Shown piece by piece: positions 46,685-55,908 of a stretch of 64,000 nucleotides of DNA (the stretch's first letter is position 1; every line of letters starts with the position of its first letter). A program made the position numbers and the translations under genes. The DNA comes from Gemmatimonadota bacterium. GTDB taxonomy: Bacteria > Latescibacterota > UBA2968 > GCA-2709665. The stretch is from contig JAPPFJ010000024.1 of assembly GCA_028877215.1 (NCBI GenBank), positions 20,835 to 84,834 on the forward strand. Direction: 5' to 3'. The notes beneath the pieces are model-generated. The model did not search any database. It saw nothing but the letters and a program-made list of their open reading frames with translations, and was not told the DNA's origin.

Positions 46685-46806
46685 AGCTATCAGCTGTCAG
46701 CGATCAGCCGTCAGCTAAAAGCGAAAGGCAAAGTCAAGAGCAACCCCAGCTCCCAGCCCCGCAGACCTCTCTCCCCGGCCCTCTCTCCTAAAGGAAAGAG
46801 GGAGCA
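46685..46806 (+). repeat. Composite REP-like cluster, second copy
   Basis: CAGCTGTCAGCGATCAGCCGTCAGCTAAAAGC ... GCAGACCTCTCTCCCCGGCCCTCTCTCCTAAAGGAAAGAGGGAG; compare 42915-43045. Confidence 0.7.
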
Positions 46807-46999
46807 CGGCCAGGTCTCGCGCAATAGCAGATTTTTCCGTTCGAGCGACTGGGGGTACGGGGGGTTTTTCCGTGCTGATCCGTCCATCGCATTGGTATTG
46901 GCACTGCTGAAGGGTTGGTAGGCCACACAAGTCCCGTTTATGCCTCCGGAGTGATTCACGGAAAAACCGGCCCCCTGCCGAAGGGCGCGTTTCTTTTTG

Positions 47000-47031
47000 G
47001 TCCTTTTTCTTACGCGCGTAAGAAAAAGGAC
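47000..47031. repeat. Perfect 32-bp palindrome in an AT-rich spacer
   Basis: GTCCTTTTTCTTACGCGCGTAAGAAAAAGGAC is its own reverse complement. Confidence 0.9.
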
Positions 47032-47136
47032 GTAAATAAATAAAAACAAAGGTTTTATAAGAAAAGAGTCGACCCGCAAAACGACAAACCCGTTTTTTGC
47101 CTTTCTATATAAAATCGTGCATACGGTGTGTTCCTC

Positions 47137-47268
47137 AAAAGCGGGAAGACGTGAGAGGTTAGAGATTTCCTGCCCTGTGAGGTTTCCTCTCGTGCCGGAG
47201 GCAACGAGGAATAACATACCCGGCAATGATCTCATCTACCGTCTTACGTCTACCGTCTCACCGCTCTT
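47137..47268 (+). repeat. PAL element, copy 3
   Basis: AAAAGCGGGAAGACGTGAGAGGTTAGAG...GTGCCGGAGGCAACGAGGAATAACATACCCGGCAATGATCTCATCTACCGTCTTACGTCTACCGTCTCACCGCTCTT. It abuts the stop codon of the spermidine-synthase-like gene. Confidence 0.75.
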
Positions 47269-48872
47269 CACCATCCCCATTCACTCTCCCGGTAGTACCT
47301 GTCCACCACCGGCGCCAGTTCGGTATTCACCTCCACGTCTTCCATCCCATCGAACATGCCCTTCCAGAAATGCAGCATGCCCGCCATCGCCTCGTGGTTC
47401 AGGAAGACCGTTTCGACTTCCGAAAAGCGAAGCGCCATCGCTCGCTGCTTCAGGTCAGGTTCCGAAATGACCTCTTCCTTCATGGCCAGGTGCCACCCCC
47501 ATTGTCCCATCGTCGGGATCGAATTGTGGTAGGGCAACACGTGGAACCCTGCGGCCTTCATGGTCCTGTACACGCAGAGAAACGCCCGCCTGGCGTGGAG
47601 TGGGCTTGAACTCTGCGTCACGAGTGTCCCGTGTTGCGAGAGATGCCTTTTACACGCCGTGTAGAATTCCTTCGAATACAACCGGGCGAGATCCGGACCC
47701 TTCGGATCCGGCAAATCAACAAGAATGACATCGTAGATTCCCGCGTCGTCCGCCAGAAACCGGCCCGCGTCCCGGGTGACCACGTCCACCCGTACATCTT
47801 CCAGCGCTCCGTCATTCGCTTCCACGAACACCGGATGCGTCCGCGCGAGCCGGATCATCTCAGGGTCCAGGTCCACCAGCGTGACCTGTTTTACGTCGTT
47901 GTATTTCAAGACTTCCCGCAGCGCCAGTCCGTCCCCCCCGCCGAGAATCAGCACCCGCTCCCTGGATGCAGCCAGTTCCATAGCGGGATGCACGAGCGGC
48001 TCGTGGTACCGTTCTTCGTCGTACGTGCTGAACTGCATTCCGCCGTTCAGGTACAACCATTGGTACCCTTTCCACTGTGTCATCACGATCCGCTGGTATG
48101 GGGTCTGCGCCTCGTATATCACCCGGTCCCGATACCGGCTCTGCTCGCCGAACCGCACGATGGGCTTCATAAACACGCCCAGCGCAACAAGCCCCACCGC
48201 GGTCATCCAGAACGCAGCAATGAGCGCGGCCGGCCTGGCGAGCAGGCTTCGGTATCGCCACAGGAGCGCGGATGCAACCGCAAAGTTCACCGTCCCCAGC
48301 GCGATGGGCGTATAGGTCAGCCCCAGCTTCGGCAGCGCGAAAAACGCAAACAGCAAGCCGCCCGCCAGCGCGCCGAAATAGTCCTTCTCCATGACGGACG
48401 CGATATTGGTCCGCAGCTCCTCGTACGCGTCGTTCATCCGCGTTACCAGGGGAATTTCAAGCCCGATCAGAAGTCCGATCGCGCCGGCATAAGCATAAAT
48501 AATGGCGCCCGCCTCCTGGACGAACGCCGTTCCCCAATAGGCCGCTGCGGCGGATGTCGCGCACAGCGCCGAGAGGATGAATTCAACCGCGATGAACCGG
48601 TCCAGCAACCGCTCCGCAAGATGTCGGCTCAGCCGGCTTCCGAGCCCCATCGCAAAGAACATCAGCGACAATACCAGCGTCCACTGCAGCGTCGGGTTTC
48701 CGAGCAGGTAGCTGGCCAGCGTGGAGAGCACGAATTCCGCGACGATTCCCGCCAGCCCCGTCGCGAACAGACACGCCTTCAACAGGCGGCCGCTTCCCGA
48801 TCCTCCCGCCGATGCGGGAGGGGGCGCTCCTCTGCCTCCATTGTCTTCGGGGGCGCTGTCTCTTGCGGCCAT
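47268..48872 (-). CDS. speE: Membrane-fused polyamine aminopropyltransferase (spermidine synthase-like)
   Basis: The N-terminal half is polytopic membrane. The C-terminal half carries VLILGGGDGLALREVLKY..VKQVTLVDLDPEMIRLA and DVILVDLPDP, typical of SpeE-type methyltransferase-fold enzymes. The symbol is given by family only. Confidence 0.8.
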   Translation of the reverse strand: MAARDSAPEDNGGRGAPPPASAGGSGSGRLLKACLFATGLAGIVAEFVLSTLASYLLGNPTLQWTLVLSLMFFAMGLGSRLSRHLAERLLDRFIAVEFILSALCATSAAAAYWGTAFVQEAGAIIYAYAGAIGLLIGLEIPLVTRMNDAYEELRTNIASVMEKDYFGALAGGLLFAFFALPKLGLTYTPIALGTVNFAVASALLWRYRSLLARPAALIAAFWMTAVGLVALGVFMKPIVRFGEQSRYRDRVIYEAQTPYQRIVMTQWKGYQWLYLNGGMQFSTYDEERYHEPLVHPAMELAASRERVLILGGGDGLALREVLKYNDVKQVTLVDLDPEMIRLARTHPVFVEANDGALEDVRVDVVTRDAGRFLADDAGIYDVILVDLPDPKGPDLARLYSKEFYTACKRHLSQHGTLVTQSSSPLHARRAFLCVYRTMKAAGFHVLPYHNSIPTMGQWGWHLAMKEEVISEPDLKQRAMALRFSEVETVFLNHEAMAGMLHFWKGMFDGMEDVEVNTELAPVVDRYYRESEWGW

Positions 48873-48893
48873 ACCCTTTTCTTCTGCCCCGCG

Positions 48894-49694
48894 CTACACC
48901 GTTTTGCACGTCAACCCGCCATCCACGACGAGTTCTGCGCCGGTGACGTATTTCGCCTCGTCCGAAGCCAGATACAGGGCGGCATAGGCCACGTCCCAGG
49001 CATCGCCCATCCTGCCCATCGGACACTGGTTGTCGCGAATCTGAATCATCTTCTCGACGTCGCCCTGTGCGTAGAATTCGGCCAGGGATTTCGCCACCAT
49101 GGGCGTATTCATGAATCCGGGCAGTATGGAGTTGGCGCGGATGTTCTTCCCGGCATACTGCATCGCGATACTCTGAGTGAGCTGATTCACCCCACCCTTG
49201 GTCGCGCTGTAGGAAACGTAGGGCACGCCCAGCCAGCGGATCGACGTGATCGAAGAGATATTCACAATCGCGCCTCCGCCCTGGCGTTCCATATGGGGTA
49301 GTACATGCTTGCAGGTCAGAAACATGCTCTTGAGATTCACGTCGACCACGCGGTCCCAGGTTTCCTCGCTGAGTTCAACGCATCCGCCCACCTGGAGAAC
49401 GCCGACGTTATTGTGCAGAATATCAATACGGCCATAGGTATCAAGGCACCGCGCGACGAGGGCTTCCACATCTTCGGACCGCGACACATCCGCCTCGTGG
49501 GCCGTACAGTCTCCTCCCTCGCCCGCGATGATGTCCCGGGTCTCCTCCGCAGACTCCGGATTGACGTCCACTGCAAGAACGCGGGCGCCTTCCCGCGCGA
49601 AGAGAACGGCCGCCGCCTTGCCGTTGCCCCAACCGGGTCCGACAGAACCGGCGCCCGTTACGATTGCGACCTTGTCCTTGAGGCGAGTTCCCAT
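48894..49694 (-). CDS. SDR-family oxidoreductase
   Basis: VAIVTGAGSVGPGWGNG (TGxxxGxG-type), NNVG and YSATKGG (YxxxK). Confidence 0.85.
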   Translation of the reverse strand: MGTRLKDKVAIVTGAGSVGPGWGNGKAAAVLFAREGARVLAVDVNPESAEETRDIIAGEGGDCTAHEADVSRSEDVEALVARCLDTYGRIDILHNNVGVLQVGGCVELSEETWDRVVDVNLKSMFLTCKHVLPHMERQGGGAIVNISSITSIRWLGVPYVSYSATKGGVNQLTQSIAMQYAGKNIRANSILPGFMNTPMVAKSLAEFYAQGDVEKMIQIRDNQCPMGRMGDAWDVAYAALYLASDEAKYVTGAELVVDGGLTCKTV

Positions 49695-49706
49695 TGCAAC
49701 GGCTTC

Positions 49707-50552
49707 CTACAACGCCCATACGATCAGCAGGGACGCTGCCACGTACGAAGACGCTTCGATGAATCCGGCGCCCAGGTGCGGTTTCTCAGGATCCGAAATC
49801 TCGGCCGCGAGATTCAGGCCCGGCAACAGGATTTTGTCCGTGGCGACACGTACCACGAGCAGCAGAACGAGTCCGATAACCACCTCCAGCGCGAAGCCCT
49901 GCAGGCTGGTCGCCCAGGAAATGAAGTCTCCGGACACCGCGTGCCGCACCACAATGCCGATGCCCACCAGCGCGCCGGCGAATGCCACGCCGGCAGCGGC
50001 GTTGTCCCTTTCGATTTCCGTATGCAGATCGTACGGCGTCGCCCAGTTGTAGACAATGCCCGCCAGCACCAGCGCCGCCTGTCCCAGCACCCAGAAAGCG
50101 ATGGTTGTGCCCAGACCGCCGAGTTCGCCGGACACCGCCCCGTAGATCACCAGACCCGTTGCGATGTACGAGGCGCAGACCACGGCTCCGGTGCCTGCAT
50201 TCTGGTCGCGTACGATCTCGTCCCGGATCGAAAACTGGTGAAGGATCAGCCGGTCATTGATGATCCGCGAGAGATTCATCAGCACGATCGACAACGGGCC
50301 GTAGATGAGTACGTCGACCAGGTCGACCTCCAGCCCATGCGAGGGGCCGGAAATCACCCCTCCGATGGCCATGACCAGGCCCAGAAAGTACCCTGCCATC
50401 GCCACCGAAAGAGCCGTGTTGTCCTTCTCCACCAGCTCTTCCTTCAATCGGTAGCTCGGCGTGGTCCAGTCGTATACGAGCTTGCCAATCCAGAATAACA
50501 CATATGCGCAGACCAGGTAGATCCCGGTTTCCAGCAAACTGTCCCACATCAT
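49707..50552 (-). CDS. DUF350-repeat integral membrane protein (YjfL-like)
   Basis: 281 aa with repeated units such as GKLVYDWTTPSYRLKEELVEKDNTALSVAMAGYFLGL and GIVYNWATPYDLHTEIERDNAAAGVAFAGALVGI, typical of DUF350. Confidence 0.75.
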   Translation of the reverse strand: MMWDSLLETGIYLVCAYVLFWIGKLVYDWTTPSYRLKEELVEKDNTALSVAMAGYFLGLVMAIGGVISGPSHGLEVDLVDVLIYGPLSIVLMNLSRIINDRLILHQFSIRDEIVRDQNAGTGAVVCASYIATGLVIYGAVSGELGGLGTTIAFWVLGQAALVLAGIVYNWATPYDLHTEIERDNAAAGVAFAGALVGIGIVVRHAVSGDFISWATSLQGFALEVVIGLVLLLVVRVATDKILLPGLNLAAEISDPEKPHLGAGFIEASSYVAASLLIVWAL

Positions 50553-51229
50553 TTTCCAAACCTCCCTCTGCTGCGGCTGCCGAAGCCCGACCTGTTGCGG
50601 CCGGACCGGTCCCTGACCCTCTGGGAAAAGGACCGCTGCCTGTTTGCAATGGCCTGTCTCCGGCGCTGGTAAAACGCCGGCCTCTGCTTCTTTGTGATCG
50701 ACCCTTCGGTGCCGTACTCACGGTTGCGCCCGTAATACGGTCGGCGCCGATCGCGGTTGTTGCGATAGTCGTCGTAGTCATTGCGGTAGATCTGTCCCCC
50801 GTAGCCCCCGCCCATCAAACTCCGCATCATCGCGTACTGTCCGTAGAAGACCCAGAAACTCCCGCCGCCGCCCCAGTGTCCGTAATGCGGGTTCCCCACG
50901 TAGTGGTATCCGGGCGGATGGGGGGTTTTGTTCACCCCTTCGTCCGACTTGGCGACCAATGCCATGCCGAGAAAGGCCGCGTACCGACGATAGACCTCCA
51001 CCGGTACCTCGATCCATTCGGTTGTGCCCCGACGCTCTCCCTGGACGACCGTGTACCTGTGGTAATAGTTGGTGAAAAAGGTGCCGTCCTCCCTCATATC
51101 CTCAAGTATGATCATATACGCGGGCGCGTTCGCCAGGCTCTTCTGCATTTCCTTAACGGGGTCCCTGGCGCCGCACCCGGCAATCCAGAGTGCGGCAAAC
51201 GCAATTGCAGGCCATCGCATCTGTGGCAT
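50549..51229 (-). CDS. Lipoprotein with Arg/Tyr/Gly-rich tail, possibly DUF1190 (YjfM)-like
   Basis: The start was chosen at the ATG 6 nt after AGGAG, giving MPQMRWPAIAFAALWIAGCG (lipobox I-A-G-C). The segment FWVFYGQYAMMRSLMGGGYGG resembles the [20 protein letters not shown] segment of E. coli YjfM as I recall it. It overlaps the DUF350 gene by 4 nt. Confidence 0.6.
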   Translation of the reverse strand: MPQMRWPAIAFAALWIAGCGARDPVKEMQKSLANAPAYMIILEDMREDGTFFTNYYHRYTVVQGERRGTTEWIEVPVEVYRRYAAFLGMALVAKSDEGVNKTPHPPGYHYVGNPHYGHWGGGGSFWVFYGQYAMMRSLMGGGYGGQIYRNDYDDYRNNRDRRRPYYGRNREYGTEGSITKKQRPAFYQRRRQAIANRQRSFSQRVRDRSGRNRSGFGSRSRGRFGK

Positions 51230-51307
51230 TGGCATCTCCTTGGCGCAACGTAACGGGCACATCGGGTGCTTGGTCTAATGGTAGAAAGATAGCCCGGCGC
51301 CAACGGC

Positions 51308-54300
51308 ATGTCAAGGTGCTTGCCCGTGTACCGGAGGGGTTGCTATATTGTGCCGGGAACACCGCGGGTATGGCAGGATTTCATCTTCATTGAATCGATT
51401 CACGTCGATATTTTAAAAGGATACCAGACCTTGGCTTTCGCCGTCGACACGTCGCCTCAGCCTGACCGCCACCCGCCGATCACGCCTGCTGACGGCACCA
51501 ACGCGATCCAGAATCCCCCGGCCATGGTCTGGCGCGCGGACGACAGGGCCGCCACATACAGCGTGGAGATTGGCAGGCGTCCCGATTTCAGGGGTGAAAT
51601 CTTCCGATTCGCCGGCATCGACATGCCGTTCTTCAACCCGCCGGTCGAACTCGACCGCGGAACGTGGTACTGGCGTTACTTCGCGGTAACATCAGAGGGT
51701 AAACGGTCCCTGTCCGGCCCCGTGCGGAGTTTTCGCGTCACGCCCGAATCCGTACCGCTTGCAGTGCCCCCGACGGAGCGCATCCTCGACGCGATGCCGG
51801 AACACCCCCGCATCTTTGTAACCCCTGAGAACCTGGAGGAGTTCCGCGCCCGCAGGCATGGTCCCGGTCGTGAGGCCTGGCGCCACCTCGAACACCGGGC
51901 CGACGCCCTGGTTCAGAGCGAACCGCCCGAGTTGAACCTGCAGTCCGTGCCCGCGAACCTGGACGAACGCCGCGGTCAGGTCTTTCATCTGAGAGACGGC
52001 CGCACCACGTTCCCGGCGGACTTTCAGATCGCCGAACTCAAGAGGGGCGCCGATACTGTCAATGCGCTCTCTTTCGCGTATCTGATCTCGGGCGACGAAA
52101 AGTATGCCGCGGCCGCGCGGGGCTGGATGGCTTTTCTGGCTCATTTCCGCGTGGACGTCCACCTCGAGGACCGCGGGCAGCACGATACCGTCGTCTACTG
52201 CTACGAGTTCGGCCTCAAGGGGATGGCATTGGCATACGACCGGCTGAACCACCTGCTTGAATCGGAGGAACGCGCAAGCGCCCTGGCGCACATCGAATTC
52301 CACTGCGACGCCGCTTACCGATGGCTCAGAGATGGACTTCAGATCCACCTGAATTATCAGAATTCCCACGGGCAACAGTGCATGCACGCGCTGCTTCCCA
52401 CGGTCCTTGCCGTGGCTGACGAATCCGCGCGTACGCGGGAGTGGGCCGACTACCTCATCCGCCAGTACGCCAACCGTGTTGCGTGGGGAAGCAGCGACGG
52501 CGGGTATACCGAAGGTCAGAAATACGGCCATAAAGTGCAGTTCATCCTCGAGGCACTGGCCGCGCTCAAGTCCGCGACGGGTCTGGACGTCTTCCGCGAA
52601 CCCCGGTGGCAGAATACCGGCTCGTTCTGGTTGTATTGCATGTCCCTCAATTACTGGTGGAACCACTGGGGCGACTGCTATTCCCTGATCGATCCCAATT
52701 TCGGCAGCGATGCGGATACGTACGTTTCCGCTTTTCTGGCCGCGATGACCGGGGATCCCACGGTCAAGTGGTGGAGCGATTCACGGGTCTGCAACCCGGT
52801 GCATCTCCCGCTCCAGTATCTCTCCGACAGCGGCGTCAGGCCCAGGCCGCCGGTTGATGTCGCGCAGGCCCGCCTGTTCCCCGACGTCGGCCAGCTCGCG
52901 GCGTACGACAGGTTCTACGATCACGGAAGCAGCCGCATCTTCTTCAGAAGCAGCCAGTGGGGCGATCACAGCCACGCACACCAGGACCAGAACGGATTCG
53001 TCATCCACGCCGGCGGCGAGATCCTCTGCTGCGACGCGGGATATTACACCTATTACGGGGACACGTACCACGCCCAATGGACCCGGACGACACAGGCGCA
53101 TAACTCCATCCTCGTCGACGGCGAAAGCCAGCGCCGGGGCATCGCCCACAAGGGAGAGATAACCGCTTTTTTCAATACGCCGGACGCCTGCTTCTTCACC
53201 GGCGACGCTTCCGGCGCGTACGGGGAGTTGCTCGAGAAATTCCAACGGTGTGTTCTCTTTATCCGCCCGGACGTCTTTGTCGTCTGCGACGCCCTTGAAG
53301 CGTCTGAACCGCGGGAATTCTCCTGGACGCTCAACACCTTCGAACGCGCGGATATGGACGAGGTCAGTCAATCCATGACCATCCGTCAGCGGAACCGGCG
53401 GCTCCTGGTCCGGCACCTGGCGGACGGTATACTGAGGTACTCACAGAACAACGACCGGCCGTTTCCCTTGAAGACGCGCGACTGGTGCCGGGTTACCGAA
53501 GCCTTCCCCCAACAGTGGAACATCCGGGCTACGACTGAGAAGAGGACCAGCGAGCAAATCCTGTCGGTCCTGCATACGTACAAGGATACGGACGGCACGG
53601 AAGTCGATAATATCCGCCGCCTGGAGACTGACGGGGCCGATGGCGTCAGCTTTCAGTCCGGGAACCGCTCCGAATGCGTCCTGTTTCGAAACCGGGAGGA
53701 CGGTACCATTGAAGGGGCGGGAATAGAATCGGACGGCAGGGTCGTCAACGTCAGCCATATCGGGAACCGGCTCGATCGCTGGCTGCTTCACGGTGGCGCC
53801 CGGCTCAGCCTGGATGGTGAGATTCTCCTGACCGCCGACGTGGAATGCGACGCGGCGGCAAGCTACAACCGCCATAGCGCAGGTACGCAGGTCCAGGTCC
53901 GGCATCGGAAGCCGGTGCGTCTCTCCATCCGCCTTCCGCACGCGCCGGGCTCGGTGTTCGTCTCCCCGCCGGAGCGTCCGCGGGACCCGAGTCCCATCGA
54001 TTTCACGTGGCGTGACGGAAGGGTCGAAGTCGACCTGGTGGACGCGGGCGAGTCCGTCCTGTGGATCGACCCGGTCGCGGATCTGACGAAGCCCCCGGAA
54101 CCGCTTCACCTGACGCTTCCCGACGGTGACGGCCGGCAGACTGTGGTCCTGCAGACGGCCATCGCAGACAATGGGGATATCATCGCCTTCGAAGAATTCA
54201 CGCCGTGCGTGCCGGGTGTCTATGAACTCGTCGCTGAAGGCGCGGAACTGCTTATTCAGGACCGGTGGGACCCGGACGTGAACGTGTACGGGAAGGGCCA

Positions 54301-54859
54301 GGTAAAGGCCTGCCTTAGAGAGGGAACGGAAGTCTTCGTGCGCTTTCCGCCTGACGGCCGACCGGATCTTCGGGCATTCCTTGTTGAGAGCCACCGGGGC
54401 AGACTCATCAACCTGCTCTGCAACGGCGGTTTCGAAGCCGGCATCGTGGATTACCCGCCGCGTTACTGGAACGTGCAGCACTCCCGCACGCACGATCTCA
54501 GCTGGCCCGCGTGGAGCGTCGAGGATGCCGCAGAGGGAGACGCCTGCCTCAAATTTACGAGGGACACGGATCCCATGTCGCTCAAAAGCCGTCCGATGCG
54601 CCTGCGCAAGGCCGGCCGTTATCACCTGCGATTCAAGGCGCGCGGCACGGCCACCCATGCCCGCGTGTCCGTGTCCGGACAGCAGGGTACCCGTATCGAC
54701 GTCCCCGTCAGACCTGCCCAGGCGTGGACCGGATACGGGGCGGAGCTGGACGTCCAACCGGGGTACACAACCGTGTCCGTCGTGTTCGATTCAGGCGGAG
54801 AACCCGATCAGGTCCTGTGGATGGACGATATGGAATTCGGGTATATTGCGCAGGACTGA
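51308..54859 (+). CDS. Heparinase II/III-like (DUF4962-type) polysaccharide-lyase family protein with C-terminal carbohydrate-binding-like domain
   Basis: 1183-aa ORF containing GDHSHAHQDQNGFVIHAGGEILCCDAGYYTYYGDTYHAQWTRTTQAHNSILVDG (heparinase II/III C-domain pattern). The N-terminal HPPITPADGT...YSVEIGRRPDF is DUF4962-like, and the C-terminal CNGGFEAG...WMDDMEFG is CBM-like. The start is uncertain (alternative TTG at 51431). Confidence 0.75.
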   Translation: MSRCLPVYRRGCYIVPGTPRVWQDFIFIESIHVDILKGYQTLAFAVDTSPQPDRHPPITPADGTNAIQNPPAMVWRADDRAATYSVEIGRRPDFRGEIFRFAGIDMPFFNPPVELDRGTWYWRYFAVTSEGKRSLSGPVRSFRVTPESVPLAVPPTERILDAMPEHPRIFVTPENLEEFRARRHGPGREAWRHLEHRADALVQSEPPELNLQSVPANLDERRGQVFHLRDGRTTFPADFQIAELKRGADTVNALSFAYLISGDEKYAAAARGWMAFLAHFRVDVHLEDRGQHDTVVYCYEFGLKGMALAYDRLNHLLESEERASALAHIEFHCDAAYRWLRDGLQIHLNYQNSHGQQCMHALLPTVLAVADESARTREWADYLIRQYANRVAWGSSDGGYTEGQKYGHKVQFILEALAALKSATGLDVFREPRWQNTGSFWLYCMSLNYWWNHWGDCYSLIDPNFGSDADTYVSAFLAAMTGDPTVKWWSDSRVCNPVHLPLQYLSDSGVRPRPPVDVAQARLFPDVGQLAAYDRFYDHGSSRIFFRSSQWGDHSHAHQDQNGFVIHAGGEILCCDAGYYTYYGDTYHAQWTRTTQAHNSILVDGESQRRGIAHKGEITAFFNTPDACFFTGDASGAYGELLEKFQRCVLFIRPDVFVVCDALEASEPREFSWTLNTFERADMDEVSQSMTIRQRNRRLLVRHLADGILRYSQNNDRPFPLKTRDWCRVTEAFPQQWNIRATTEKRTSEQILSVLHTYKDTDGTEVDNIRRLETDGADGVSFQSGNRSECVLFRNREDGTIEGAGIESDGRVVNVSHIGNRLDRWLLHGGARLSLDGEILLTADVECDAAASYNRHSAGTQVQVRHRKPVRLSIRLPHAPGSVFVSPPERPRDPSPIDFTWRDGRVEVDLVDAGESVLWIDPVADLTKPPEPLHLTLPDGDGRQTVVLQTAIADNGDIIAFEEFTPCVPGVYELVAEGAELLIQDRWDPDVNVYGKGQVKACLREGTEVFVRFPPDGRPDLRAFLVESHRGRLINLLCNGGFEAGIVDYPPRYWNVQHSRTHDLSWPAWSVEDAAEGDACLKFTRDTDPMSLKSRPMRLRKAGRYHLRFKARGTATHARVSVSGQQGTRIDVPVRPAQAWTGYGAELDVQPGYTTVSVVFDSGGEPDQVLWMDDMEFGYIAQD

Positions 54860-54940
54860 ACACGAATCGCGGCCGGCGCCGTAACGGGGCACTTCCTGTT
54901 GTGCGTCAGGGATCCTCGACATCACGCACGGAGGTGCAAA

Positions 54941-55732
54941 TTGGACACGCAAGTACTGTTTGAGATCTGCGTCGGTTCCGCGCAGGGAGCCATCGCCGCC
55001 CAGGAAGGCGGGGCCCTCCGGGTGGAGTTGTGCGACAATCTGATCGAAGGCGGCACCACGCCCAGCGCCGGGGCCATTAAGGTTGCCCGCAAGCATATCG
55101 ACATCGGGCTCAACGTAATCGTCCGGCCGCGGGGAGGCGACTTCTGCTATTCCGACGTCGAGTTTGAAACGATGGCGCGGGACGTCGATACGGCGGCCGA
55201 AAGTGGCGCCGACGGGATTGTGATCGGCCTTCTGAATCCGGACGGATCGATCGACGTGGAGCGCACGGGCGCTTTCGTCGAACGTATCCGCCCGCTTCCG
55301 GTGACGTTCCACCGGGCGTTCGATATGACCGCCGATCCCCTCCGGTCACTGGACGAACTGATTTCGCTGGGCGTGGACAGGGTGCTCACATCGGGCCAGG
55401 AAATCTCGGCGCTGGAAGGGATCGATCTCATCGCGGAGCTGATCGAGAAGGCCGCCGGACGAATCGTAATCATGCCCGGAGGCGGTATTACCGAACGCAA
55501 CGTCGCGAAAGTCGTGGCCGGCACCGGCGCCCGCGAGATCCACGTCGCTGCGGGCGGCAGCGTTCCCAGCCGGATGACGTTTCGCAACCCGAACGCCTTC
55601 ATGGGCGGCGAGCTTCGTCCCCCGGAATTTTCACACGATGTCACCGATGCCAGCCGCGTCAACGCGTTCATTCAGGCCGTTGCCCCGCCCATGCAACCCA
55701 ACCCCTGGGAAGAGGGAAGACGTGAGACGTGA
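54941..55732 (+). CDS. cutC: Copper homeostasis protein CutC family
   Basis: The TTG at 54941 lies 5 nt after GGAGGT. (M)DTQVLFEICVGSAQGAIAAQEGGALRVELCDNLIEGGTTPSAG...VIVRPRGGDFCYS...VTFHRAFD is colinear with CutC. The 3' end and stop lie inside PAL copy 4. Confidence 0.85.
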   Translation: MDTQVLFEICVGSAQGAIAAQEGGALRVELCDNLIEGGTTPSAGAIKVARKHIDIGLNVIVRPRGGDFCYSDVEFETMARDVDTAAESGADGIVIGLLNPDGSIDVERTGAFVERIRPLPVTFHRAFDMTADPLRSLDELISLGVDRVLTSGQEISALEGIDLIAELIEKAAGRIVIMPGGGITERNVAKVVAGTGAREIHVAAGGSVPSRMTFRNPNAFMGGELRPPEFSHDVTDASRVNAFIQAVAPPMQPNPWEEGRRET

Positions 55733-55832
55733 GAGATTACCTGCCCTGTGGAGTTTCTTTTCCTGCCGGAGGCAAGAAGGAATAACATACCGGGCGATGA
55801 TTTCTTCTAACCTCTCACCTCTTACGTCTACC
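55710..55832 (+). repeat. PAL element, copy 4
   Basis: GAAGACGTGAGACGTGAGAGATTACCTGCCCTGTGGAGTTTCTTTTCCTGCCGGAGGCAAGAAGGAATAACATACCGGGCGATGATTTCTTCTAACCTCTCACCTCTTACGTCTAC. The arms are mutually complementary. Confidence 0.75.
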
Positions 55833-55908
55833 CGATCTTGCATCACATCACTTCATGCCTCATCGTGTCGTTAGGACGCGTAGGCTCATTCACCAAGGAG
55901 ACCTTGCC

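Noticed and set aside
47631-50498. Long + strand ORFs 47631-49301 (556 aa) and 49305-50498 (397 aa).
   Set aside because: They overlap the minus-strand spermidine-synthase-like, SDR and DUF350 genes, all of which have clear motifs. The + strand products are Arg/His/Pro/Gln-rich with no motifs.
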